Part shown: positions 48,601 to 60,622 of the stretch, in pieces | Layout of the letters: every line of letters begins with the position of its first letter | Position numbering within the stretch: the first letter of the stretch is position 1 | Source: Macrostomum hystrix | Taxonomy: Eukaryota > Animalia > Platyhelminthes | Assembly: GCA_950097015.1 (NCBI GenBank) | Contig: CATNEN010000008.1 | Location: 248,001-312,000 of the forward strand | Direction of reading: 5' to 3' | Length of the DNA stretch: 64,000 bases | Notes under the pieces: generated by a model | What the model was told of the DNA's origin: nothing | Databases searched by the model: none | Seen by the model: the letters and a program-made list of their open reading frames with translations, nothing else | Made by a program: the position numbers and the translations under genes

Positions 48601-51600
48601 GGCGATGGACGGAGGTCCTTGACACCAACCTCGCCTCTCAGGGCCTGATCCCTCTGATCAGGAACTGGCAGGTGTGGGACGAAGAGGAATCTCTGTCTGA
48701 CCATCGCTTCATTCGTTTCCGGCTGCAAAGCTCCTACTCCAAGCCTGGTATTCTGTGGAAAAGGAACACCCGGAATACTGACTGGACGGCCTTTGCGGAA
48801 TCCGTGAAGCGCCAAACCAACCAGTTAGAACCCGTTGTTCCTGCCACCTGTCAAGAAGTGGACGACCTGGCTGATCTACTCAGCATGACCATCTTGACAG
48901 CTCATGAAACCTCTTGCCCCCTTAAAGCCTACAAAGGCAAAAAATCCGCTCCCTGGTGGAACCCAGCGCTTGGAACCCTCCGGCGCAAGGCCAAATCCCT
49001 CCAGCGGATTGCGCGAAAAAGCAAGGACCAAGCTGACCTGACCGCCTACCAGAATGCGATTCGCGACTTTAAGCGTGACACCAGGAAAGCGAAGTCCGAA
49101 AAGTGGCGCCAATACTGCTCCAAGCTGGAGGGCGCCCGCCCAACTTCTCGCGTTGTAAAAGCGCTCACTCTTGACAAAATGTCGAAGCTCTCAGTGATCA
49201 AAAGACCGGACGGCCGGCTTGCTGAGAATCCTGGCGAATCGCTCGACATCATGCTCGCCAGCGCTTTCCCTCAGACTGCGCCGCTTCAGGACCCGCCGGA
49301 CCACACTCCGGGCGGACACATCCTTGCGACAACTATTATCACTAGAGAACGGACAGCTCGCGCTGCTAATTCCTTCTCGCCTTTTAAGTCGCCTGGACCT
49401 GACAACATTTACCCCGCCTTCCTTCATGAAGCGGTGAAAAATGACAGGTTCCTCGGCCTCCTTTGCAACCTGTTCAAGGCCTGTATCACCCTCGGGTACG
49501 TACCCAGGTCTTGGCAGGAAGCCACTATCGTCTTCATCCCCAAACCTGGGAAGGGAGACTACCATTCCGCCAAAGCCTTCCGCCCCATCAGCTTAACATC
49601 CTTCTTTCTTAAGCTGCTTGAAAGGCTTGTTCTTTGGCGCCTCCTTCACGTTGAGCTGAGGAACTCCCCGCTCTCCGCCAACCAGCACGCTTTTCGATCC
49701 GGACGTTCCATCGAAAGTGCTCTGCATGCCATTGTCGACAAGCTGGAGCGCGCCGTGCTTGGCACCGGTTTTGCTCTCGATTCCTCGACATTGATGGTGC
49801 CTTCGACAATGTGCTTTTCGGAGCCTTTAGGCGAGCCCTGGAACGCCGGGCTACGCACGAGCACCTCACCCGCTGGATCATGTATATGATCTCTCACCGA
49901 ACTGCCACCTCGCACCTGCTTGGCCACTCCCGTTCTGTGAATGTCCAGAAGGGAGGCCCGCAGGGTGGCATTCTCAGTCCGATCCTTTGGAACCTTGTCA
50001 TGGACGAGCTGCTCTGCAGCCCTGACCCGGACCCGGTCCAAAAAATCGGCTATGCTGACGACGTCACCGCCACCGTGGCCGGACCGTCTCCCCCGGTTCT
50101 TAGAGACCATTTGCAAGCTTTCATCCACCGTGCCGAGCGCTGGGCCCATAGCTGCGGCCTCAAACTCTCTGAGTCCAAGACCGTCGCCATTATGTTCACC
50201 AGCAAACGAAACTGGAGGATTGAGCCTCTCCTTCTCTATGACAAACCCATCGCCATGGAGAAGCAAACCAGATGCTTAGGTGTCATCCTCGACCACAGGT
50301 TGAGCTGGACACCTCACGTCAAATTCAAAACCCGCAAAGCTCTTGCGACGCTCGCGCAGATCCGCAGAGCCTTCGGCGCCACCTGGGGCCTCACCCCCCG
50401 CCGTCTCTGGTGGATTTACACTACCATTGTAAGACCGGCCATCTCTTTTGCCGGCTTCATCTGGAATAGTGCCCTGGAGACCAAAGGGGTCCTGGAGGCC
50501 CTAAACAAGGTGCAGGGCCGTGCTTGTCGAGCCATCATGAGTGCGGCACCCTCCACTCCCTTCGCTGGCATGAATGCCTTCCTGGACCTTCCCCCTTTAG
50601 ATCTTTTTATCAAGGGGGAAGCGATAAAGACGGCTCGTCGTCTTCTGGACGCGGGCATCTCCATCCGGAAGCAACTTGCCTTCAGCAAGCGGAACCTCCA
50701 GCCCCATGGCGACCTCAGCCTACGGGACCTGGACGCAGCAGGAGGTCTCAAAATTCTCTCAGACGGAATCCCGTCGACGCTGTGCCCACCGCTAAAATTC
50801 AAAACCAGCATTCCGCCTCGCCAGGAAGTACGTGACCACGGCCAACCCCGTGAAATTCACTGCTTCACCGACGGATCGCAAATCAACTCGGTCTCTGGTT
50901 TCGGCTACTGCATTATGTCCGGAGGGAAAACTGTGGCGACCTTCTCCCAGCACACCGGCATAAACTCTACCGTTTTCCAGAACGAAGTTCTCGCCATCAG
51001 CTCCTGCGCCCTGGAGCTGATCAACCAAAACGTCCACGGAGCAGAAATCTTCCTCCACTCGGACAGCCAGGCGGCGATCCATGCCCTTGGACGCACGCAC
51101 ACCTGCTCGCGCACAGTCCTCGACTGCGTCGCGCAACTCAACCGCTTAGGGACCCACAACAAGGTGTCCCTAAGGTGGATTCCAGGGCACTCTGGCCACC
51201 CTGGTAACGAATTGGCCGACAGCCTCGCCAAGGCCGGTTCGACGGGTTCGCTTTTTGGCCCCGTGCCTGCGGTCTCCACCCCTACCGCCGTCGTCAACAC
51301 CCGGATTAACCAGTGGGTGACCTCTAAGCACAAGGACAGATGGATCAATACCGCCGATTGTCGGCAGTCTCGCGCTGCTGTCCCTTGTCCCTCCACTGCC
51401 CTTCGCAAAGCCTTGCTTGGACTGAACCGCAAGGACATCAGGGCAGTTACCATGGCCCTCTCTGGCCATGGCTGTTTCGCCAGGCACCGCTTCCTGCAGG
51501 GCAAAATCCGCAGTGAGGAATGCCCCTTCTGCCTCTCCTATGTTGAGGATGCAGAGCATTTTATTTGCGACTGCCCCGCCTTCACTCAGGACAGGCTCAC

Positions 51601-51871
51601 CTATCTCGGCCCAAACCCGGATCTCCCCGACGTTTTCAGGCCTGAGAACATCTGCCAGCTCGTCCGATACCTGAGGGCCACCGGGCGAGCAACCCTCCAC
51701 CTCCTGGACTCTCCGGAGGAGGACCGCGCTGCGGACGCCGGCACCACCGGATCCCCCTGCGCGACACCGCAGCTTTAGTTGCCCGTGGTCGCCAGGGGCT
51801 AGCGGAATGGGCGGCAACGCCTCCCCGCTGCATCCGGAAGATGCCCCCTGCAGCGAAGTTAAGTTAAGTTA
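45699..51871 (+). mobile_element. Near-full-length non-LTR retrotransposon (APE-RT-RNase H-CCHC, LOA/R1-like); ORF1 46556-48042 and ORF2 48078-51778, each with one -1 frameshift
   Basis: APE: FLQLNLHH, GDINAHH, SDHRFI. RT: [21 protein letters not shown]. RNase H: FTDGS, NEVLAI, SDSQAA, WIPGHSG..GNE.AD. C-terminal [14 protein letters not shown]. (AAGTT)n tail. Candidate 14-bp TSD agtgtc(t/a)gcttgtt at 45685-45698 and 51872-51885. Confidence 0.88.
45984..46420 (+). repeat. 97-bp tandem monomers (~4.5 copies) in the LINE 5' UTR
   Basis: Unit starts at 45984, 46081, 46178, 46275 and 46372. Confidence 0.95.
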
Positions 51872-53651
51872 AGTGTCAGCTTGTTTGTCCTTCTATCTCT
51901 CCGTGTTGTTTTTCAGTGCTTATTTTGGATTTTTAGACGCGTGTTTTTTAAGCTAAAAGTCAACCCACGCCAAGCCGGGCCGGACCAGCCGGGGGAGCGG
52001 ACGCCCACCACCCCGCGAGCGCTACCACTTGGCTACAGTCCCGGCCAATCAGCGAACGACCCGGCCTCACTATCTGTCGACCCTCGGCAAGAAGCAACCC
52101 CGGCGCTCAGAACGGCGGTCGCGAGTCTACTGTGATTTGTCGCCTTGGCTCAAGCTACAGCCAGGCATCCACCTCGCCGATCGACCTAATTTGGGGTTAA
52201 CATGACTCTTATATAAAAGGAAGCGTGTTTTTGCAGTGACTTTTTATCGTTCTCCGCAATTCGCCTCACACTGTGAGAAGCACGTGAAAGCTAGTCCACT
52301 TTGTTTGTCTCTCCCCGCCCGACCACGCTCCGCTTGTTCAGTTAGGTAGCTTTCGGCGCTACGCGTCTTGAGAGTGCGCCGCTGACAAGGGTGGTCTAGA
52401 TAGGCGCTTGTTGTCGAAGTGCAGTACGTGCTCTCTTCGGAGACTCCGCCGTCAGGCAGAAGGAGTGCCAACCGATAGGATCTGTCGGGGCAGCGCTGAA
52501 AGCAGAGACAACCGGAGCCTCTCGGGAAGAGTAGGGCGCGGATTAGGCCAGTTTAAGTAAAATTGTTATATCCAATTTCCCCGGACCAAAAGTTGCTTTT
52601 CACTGTGAGCGCGCTATAATTGCTTTCTGTGCGAATATCCTCATTCTGTCGGTGGAAATTTTTAATCAAGTTGAGCAAGTAAACGAGATTCAAATAAATT
52701 CCTATTCTTATCTGGCGTCGGCGAGGCACAAAAAACTGATTAACTCACTCCCAATAAATTTATTCGAGTCTTCGTGTTCATACTGTGTTATTCTTTTTTT
52801 AATTGGGAGTTTCGCCGGGCTGGAGGACGACACGACATCGCTTATCTGCAACACCGCTTCGCTCGCTACCCCAGTCTCTTAAGGCTATTTATTTTCAGAT
52901 TTCCCCTGCTGCTATTGAAACGATTGGTAGAACATTGGTGTTTGACAGGTTGCTTTTGACCTTGGCCCCTTGCAACAGACATGTTCATATGAAAATTGGC
53001 CTCAGCATGGCTTAGAAAATGATTGCCAATTGAGCAAATATCGGATTTACTTATTTCACACCCACAAAGTCATGTCAAGTCAATTACTTGCTCAGAGAAA
53101 TATACCCTTGAAGTTAGTTCACACCCATGCTTTAATTGGATTCTGATTCTGTTCTAGAAAAGAATAATGATCGACAACGAACAATCTAAAACTAACACTA
53201 ACATTCGGGTGACAACAACTATTCGGCATAGCAAAATATTTTAACTATTTACTTTAAAGCCGAATTTGAGTCGTTCCCCGGGCATTTCACAACGCATGCG
53301 GCTCACTCAATCGGTTAGATGTGTTATGCATTGCCAAATACGCTGCTGATGGCTTGGATAATCAAAGAAACAATGTCCGATGCAATCAACGAGCCGTATA
53401 GTTCAACAGCCAGTTCAATAGCTAGTTCGCACATGAACTATTCCATATATGTTCTAGAGTTTCATTGTTTATTTTTCATTGGCATTCGTGCCCTAAGATA
53501 AGAAAGCTATCGTGTTTTCATTTCTATTTCGCTAAGACACTTGACGGCAGCAAAACAACGGAGCATGCGGAGGCAACATTCCGATTTTGGATCAGTACAG
53601 GTTTGGAGGGCCAAACATCACAAAACTAAAAGTTCATCCAGTTTTCTATAC

Positions 53652-55369
53652 TCAGTAGACCTTGACGAACTTCTCCCAGACGCCGCTCTTCTCGATGGCG
53701 TCGCCGACGCTGGCATCGGCGAAGTCCAGCATGCGGCAGCGAGCCTCGGCCCGGTTGAACAGAGCCGCCCGGCACTCCCAGCGGGCAGCGCACAGGCGAA
53801 CGCAGAGCAGCCTTCGCTGCACCGACTGCAGCTCCGTGTAGCAGTAGTAGGGCGTGATGTCGCCCAGCTGCAGGAAGCTGGCTCGACGGAAGGTGCCGCT
53901 GTTCGGCGTCGCCACGGGCTGGCAGACGAAGCCTAACAAAAAATTCGAGCGAAAGTCGCAGAGGCGGCCGCTCTGCAGACCCAGCATGTCGTCTGAGCTG
54001 TCCACGTTGTTGGGTGTGTCAGGGTGCCAATCGGTGCTCGGTGCAATGAACTCACTTCCGTTCGCCATGCGCCAGCCGGTCCTGGGGTGTAAAAGTCGTA
54101 TGACAGCCAAATTTCAGTTTGGCATGAAGTTTCAAGACCTGAAATATTATGCATGTGTTTTAATTCTTTCGTATTGTCGGCCGTTCGCCAACGCGGTAGT
54201 GGGGGTTCGGGTACGGACCGCCCAAAGCTTGCCGGGGGTAGAGGGGGGGAAGCAGCGACCCTCGAGGCGTCCAGACACTCCGAGGAGAGACGGGATGGAC
54301 TTGGTGCGTACCGACACTCGCTAAGCCCTGACTGAAGGTTTTGACTGCGAGCGGGTAGCCACTTGACAGCCCAAGAGAGAGGTAGATGATGGTCTGGAAG
54401 CGTACCGACACTTCGCAGACTCGAGGAAGACTCTGGAGGAGAAGGATGATGGTGAGTTTTTGGCAGCAGCCGAGGCTGGGCAGAGGAATAAGATTCGATA
54501 ATAAAGAAATAAATAACGCGTGAAAGCTTTTCTTACCGGGAGGGGTTGAACGTTGAACTCATGCAATAAATTGTGCTTCAGGCTGCGTCGTTTATTATGG
54601 ATTCTACTTTCTAATGTTGTATTAGCTTCGCCAACGTTCTCGCCCTAGTACTCTGGAGGCGCGGGGGCTGGCTACGGGCACCGCGCGCAAATAAATAACA
54701 GCGTGGGGTGGGGCGAGGGCATAGGGCTGGACGGGGTAGGGCTAAGCCACGCAGGGCTGGGGTGGTAGCAAACAGGGCTGGGCTGGGGTCGGCTGCAAGC
54801 CGAGAGAGAGAGAAGGAGACCGGCTAGCCAATCAGAAGCCTCCTTGGCGAGAGGCCTGATTGGACTAGCGAGGACGGCACAGGGGACAGCCAATGGGCGA
54901 ATGACAAACACGCCAACGGAGGGTGGCCTAAGCCGGGGCCGGGCAGAACCGGATTGAGCAGGCGGCCGGGGTGGAGGGGTGGAGACGCAGGGGTCGGGGC
55001 AAGGTCGTTATGAGACGCAGCTCACAACACATGTACGTTCTGTTCACTGTGTTTAGAGTATGTCTGCAGTAAATTTCAAACCTGTTGGTAAGTCGCTCCT
55101 CCAGCATGTCGGTGACACCGATCCACAGTATGACGGACCTGTTTGAGAAGGGCGCAGCAGCCCGAATGGCCGACGGCTCCATCGCCAGCTCGCCGCGAGC
55201 CTCTTGGCACAGACGGGCTGCCTGGCACCAGCCGACTGCGGCTGTGGTGTTCACGAGCAGGCAGAAGCCGGACACGGACTGGAAGGGCGGCTGGCAGGAC
55301 AGCAGGCTGTGTGTGTGTACAGGCGAGCAGACTCAGCACGAACAAAAGGATCGGAATAGGTAATGACAT
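53652..55369 (-). pseudogene. CTLD-PAN copy 4; exons 55369-55082 and 54081-53652; +4 frameshift from an (AC)5 run
   Basis: Exon 1 is 288 nt against 284 in intact copies; exon 2 is intact (430 nt). Confidence 0.8.
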
Positions 55370-56233
55370 GCATCCTGGCTTCAGGAGCAAGCCTTTGCTT
55401 CTGCCTTGAGTTTTTTTCAGCTTATCAAAACTTTTCTTTCTCAACGTAGTCTTCCTTTTTATAGATAGAATTCTTTTTTGTATTTCTCAGAGATTTTTCC
55501 TTCCTTCTTAAGCAAACCCTTAAGGATTTTAACCTAAACCTAAACCTAAGCGTTAAACCTAACGCTCCCACCAATGAATTCGACTGTATTGCACAGGTGC
55601 ATAGCAGGTATTGCTATCAATTTAATAAAATTACTGAGTTGACAGGCAGGCTTGCTGATAGCTCAAAAAATCCTTCAAAAAACTGAAGGGCTTCTTCATT
55701 TTTAAGAGAGACCCATATCACTCGTTAAATCCAGAACTGGATGGCTGGTTTCTACTGCGCGAATCATACCTAAATTGGCAAACAAACCAGCGCCAAAATT
55801 AACTGAAGATTCTTCAGCCATGTGTCACCGTTTCAGCAGCAGTCCCTAGTTGCTTCTCCTCTACTTTGCAATGGCTTTTCCTAATTCGACTTGTGCATTG
55901 GCTGCAACAACGCTTTGCTGGCGTGAATAACAAGACAGTGTCATAGTTGCGTAGTCTCAATATCAGGGCTGCTTTAGCCAGAGCGGCGGGGGATAAGTAA
56001 TTATCATCGAAAATGAACCAGGTAGCTGCACTCCACTGTGTTTTGCGATGCCGAATCGCGCAGAAATTAAATTCTGAGCCTCGGTCTCTGACACTGTTTA
56101 TTTGCTATAGACTAATGGCCCTTACTTGTAGTTACGTTTTTTCGCTTACGTCCAATTATACACAGCAGCCGAGCGAGCTGCGTGCGAGTGCGTCGCCGAA
56201 GCTGTTTCGGCGACCGAGAGCCCCGTGAGCCAG

Positions 56234-57499
56234 TCAGCGTTGCGGCAGCAAGTCTTCACGTTCTTCACGAAAGACGGAGTTCTTCAGGTTCCTCACCGGA
56301 AGCGTGGCGTCCATGATGAGATGGTCGCGCGATTGGGACGGCATTAAACACGCAACGGCGAGTTGTTTGGCATGCAGAGTGCAGTGCTGTTTGACGGTAA
56401 GAAGCTGCGTCTTGTCATGCAGGTCTGCCTCAGCGCTTGCTGACACGCAGCTAGCAATGGCCCGCAGCGCATTGTTTTGGGCGACTTGGAGCCTGGACCT
56501 GCTTGTGTTGGAGATGAGGGTGGAACAGACTGGTGCAGCGTACTCGATAATTGGTCTGATGAGATCCTTAAAAGTGAGAAGCATAGTCTCCTTGTCACAG
56601 AGGCACCAGCCAGCGCGCGTAGAATTGAAATGCATGGCGGGCTCTTTGCGCTCCGAGAAGGCAGTGACTTTTAATCTTAAGTTTAGTGTCTAATGTCGAA
56701 ACCAAGAAATTTGGGGTGGGTCACATGCGGAAGGATGACCCCATTAACACGCACGTCCAGCTGGAGATTGTACTGTTTTTGGTCCAGCGTAAATAGCGTT
56801 GATTTGAAGGCCTCCGTAGCGGTAGTCAGCGGTCGAGTGATGGACAGGCAGGCTGTAGAGGTTGGCCAGGTGCAACGGCTTGGTTTGGTCCCTGAACATG
56901 CGCATGGAGAGATGCTACAAAGCCGCATTGCCCGGAACCCGCAGCCCCACCTCCACCTCTTCATGGGCCAGGCCGTGCCTGACAAGGGTGAGCAGCCGCC
57001 ATGGGAGCCGACTCCTCTCCGGTGCACGACCCTGTCGAGGAGATGGACTGTGTAACCGCGGAACTTCGATGTGGACTCACTCTCGGTAAGGTTGGACACT
57101 TGCTAGAGGGCAACGTCGATCTTGAGCTCCTCCAGCAGCCGTTCAAGTGCCTGTCGACGCACCTGCAGCCGGCTGAGGTTGCACTGTAGGATGCGGACAT
57201 CCGCTTGGATAAGACCTGAATTCGGCTCAACGTCCCCCGACTCAAGGAGCCAGCGGCGAGACCAGTCGGAGTTGGCCTGCCACCCGCCCTAAAACCCCCC
57301 TGCGGGTGGGGAGGGGCGGACGTCGAGGCGACATCCGCGTTTCCGGAGCATTTAGTGCAGACGAACATCAGCGACACCTTTCCCCACGAGAAGGGAGCTC
57401 CGTTTGACAGGCAAAACAATAATTTGTTTGGCCTTCGACTGTGGTGGCCCGCGACTCCGAGTGGACCCAGTTTTTTTCTGTGGCGCTGCTTCGCCAGGG
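56234..57499 (-). mobile_element. Internally deleted, decayed Ingi/I-group-like LINE (APE N-terminus joined to the RT C-terminal part)
   Basis: VRILQCNLSRLQVRRQALERLLEELKIDVAL*QVS...FRGYTVHLLDR is APE-like; PKFLG, LIRPIIEYAAPV and LQVAQNNALRAI are RT C-terminal motifs. GDVEPNSGL lies upstream of the APE. Confidence 0.7.
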
Positions 57500-58391
57500 C
57501 AACATTGGGTTACAGGGTTACACAACACTGGCAAGAGAATAGGACAGGCCCCTGGGCTCGGACGCAACCTATATGCCTGGAGAACCAACGGTGCCTGGCC
57601 TGCCTTCCAGGAAGTGCCTAGGTCCTAATGCTCAAGAAATCGTTGTCAGGACAATCTTGCAAAAATTTCTTCTGCTGAATGCAGGAAGCGTTTGTTTCTG
57701 TTAGAACGGAAATTATTTTGGTTATTTATAAAGCCTATTGTTCGTAGCTGAAAGAATGAAGGAACGAACTGAGACAGCCTGGCCTGTTCGCTTTTGCGGA
57801 AGTATCAGCCAACAAGCTTCCTGAAATTCATAGCTAAAATACCTGCAAAATACACTTGTATATCTGTGACTTTCTGAAAGTCGGCTAAATCCTTAGAAGA
57901 AATACAAGTAAACGAACTTGCAAAAGATTATCAGGTACAAAACTCGCAAAAACTTTGTGGCAAAATGTTCTAGAACATGCACAGACAATTTTGGGCATTA
58001 AGAAATACAGTAGTCAACTTTTGACACTGGATACTGTCAAGGATAATCACTTCTTTGAACAACCAATCAAGAGTAGTTACTTTTGAAGGCTGTCTGCAGC
58101 CGATCCAACAAGGCCTTGACTTCTCAAAAGGAGATCCGGTTATTTTGCAAATCAAATTTAGATTATTGGTATGTTAAAAAATATAAATTGGAATGCTAAA
58201 AGATTTTATTTTTTATTCGCCCTGTTTTTCACAAAGTTTTTTTGCTGACGAAAGTGCTTAAGTTATACTAGCGGATTGAAGCCTTATGCGACTGAGATCC
58301 TGCTGACAGAAGATAAAAGCTGCAGTACCAATATGAAAAATTTGTAGACTTTCCGAATCAAAAAGTTTCAACTACGAGCATAGCAGCAGTT

Positions 58392-59507
58392 TCAGTAGAC
58401 CTTGACGAACTTCTCCCAGCTGCCGCTCTTCTCGATGGCGTCGCCGACGCTGGCATCGGCGAAGTCTATCATGCGGCAGCGAGCCTCGGCCCGGTTGAAC
58501 AGAGCCGCCCGGCACTCCCACCGGGCAGCGCACAGGCGAACGCAGAGCAGCCTTCGATGCACCGACTGCAGCTCCGTGTAGCAGTAGTAGGGCGTGATGT
58601 CGCCCAGCTGCAGGAAGCTGGCTCGACGGAAGGTGCCGCTGTTCGGCGTCGCTACGGGCTGGCAAACGAAGCCCACAAATGAGTTGTTTCGAAAGTCGCA
58701 CAGGAAACCGCTCAATAAAGCCAGCATGTCATCCGAGCTGCCCCAGTTATTGGGCATTTCTGCTCCCCAGTCCGACTTCGAGGCGATGAACTCGCTTCCG
58801 TTCGCCATGCGCCAGCCGATTCTACAGTGAGTTGCCATGCGGAAATACAGTTTAGTCATCTTTAGGACTACCTTGGTTTGCCCTTGCTTAGCTGTACTTC
58901 TTCGAGTCTTGAATTGAATTCACACTTTTTGCAGCTAGGCTCTCAGAACATTGGGTGTCCGACTCATGTCGAAAGTCGGACACCTGGTTGTATGTGTCGC
59001 AATGTTGGACCCTGTAAAACGCTTTAAATTTAACTCACCTTTCATGGATTTTTCGGGACGATTGTAACTAAACTTCTAACTAAGCACTCTTACCTGGTAC
59101 GCTTCAAAGGCTTCCTTAACTTAGAAAATCTAGCGTAGAGCCGCCAAGCAATAGGTTACCGACAAGTATATATAAAAGGCAGCAGTTGCGAATTAGCAAA
59201 TGAACAGATCAGCCATGTCTGACCTGCTAGTCATCCGCTCCTCCAGCATGTCGGTGACACCGACCCACAGAAAGACGGAGCTTGTTGAATAGGACGCAGC
59301 AGCCCGAATGGCGGACGGCTCCATCGCCAGCTCGCCGCGAGCCTCCTGGCACAGTCGGGCTGCCTGGCACCAGCTGACTGCGGCTGTGGCATTCACGAGC
59401 AGGCAGAAGCCGGACACGGACTGGAAGGGCGGCTGGCAGGACTGCAGGCTGTGCGGACAGGCGAGCAGCAGCGAAAGTCCGAGAAAGATTCTGATCGGCG
59501 CCGACAT
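58392..59507 (-). CDS. CTLD-PAN copy 5, intact, 237 aa; exons 59507-59224, 58821-58392
   Basis: 284+430 nt exons, GT-AG intron, no stops. Confidence 0.85.
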
Positions 59508-60622
59508 CCACTGTGTTTGTCTTTACGCTTTGTCCTTTGCCTGTAGAAGCGAAATTTATTGTTCCATCTTTGCCAAGTCTTTCTTCGACGAGATGGAAAT
59601 TTGATCTGAGTTTTGCTGCTTTATTTTGCATTTGCATTTTATAGTCTTTGTCAGCCAATGAGAGTGCGCTGGCCATCGTGTTTCTTTGGTTTGGACCATC
59701 AATCCTTTGTAGACTTTAATGAATATCACATTATTGCCAAGTTGGGCAGTGGCGCAGTGAAGCTAGCCTCCATTATGCGCACAGCCCCGTGAGAAGAACC
59801 TAAAGAGAACTCTAAAGTAGTAGACGCCAATGTAAACTGTATTAGATAGGTAACAATACCTGTGACAGAGCATTCCACTCAGCACGAAACACGAAGGCCC
59901 CTCAGTCATTTGTATTGAGTCATGCGAATTATGACGAAAGCTAGCCTCTTGAAGGCCTCTTCCTCCAGGGCCAGGTACCTGGGAAGCATCGCAGACGATT
60001 GCTCCGATTTGAGCCAAATCAAAGATGGGAATTATCCGCCACTGCATCAATGCTCTTTAGACAACCTTATAGAACTTGTTCTGCAATTTCTGTACTCAGG
60101 AATACAAAAATAGGATGCTAAAGCATATATACTACTGGAAATAGTGTGCAACGACGTTGTTTTAGTGTGAATTATTTGATTTTGAAAATTTCTTAAGAAA
60201 TTGCGACAGGACGACTAAGCGGTTACGGTTGGAAATATAAATCTGAAAACGGAACCCAATGATATTCAGCAAGCACGGCCCAAAACATGACACAATGCAT
60301 GATACACTATACACAATGCATTCGAAACAGAAATATAACATGTGTTTCGTGAATTCTATTTATCGCTAGCATATTTCTCAAAATTGACAACCCGACCTCA
60401 ATTGGTGTGAATCCATTAAAACCAAAGGCACAGCAAAAACTACCTGCACAAACGGCCAGCAAATGAAAGGCACAGAGGGGACAGAAGTCATTTCAGTTCT
60501 ATTGGCTGGCTCAGCAGAGGACTGAAGAGGCTAGGCTAGGCAATCATAAGCATGCAAGTTTCAATAAATTCGACTCATTGCGGGGCCATCAGTTCAAGCA
60601 CCTGGGATTTGCTGCAGAAAAA

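Noticed and set aside
40214-51817. Numerous antisense or alternative-frame ORFs over Tc1, the LINE and the lectin exons
   Set aside because: They are shadows of GC-rich coding sequence with no independent motifs.
59747-60044. hAT-like MITE with CAGTGGCG...CGCCACTG ends
   Set aside because: Only an 8-bp inverted match, and the flanking 8-mers (aagttggg / catcaatg) are not a TSD.
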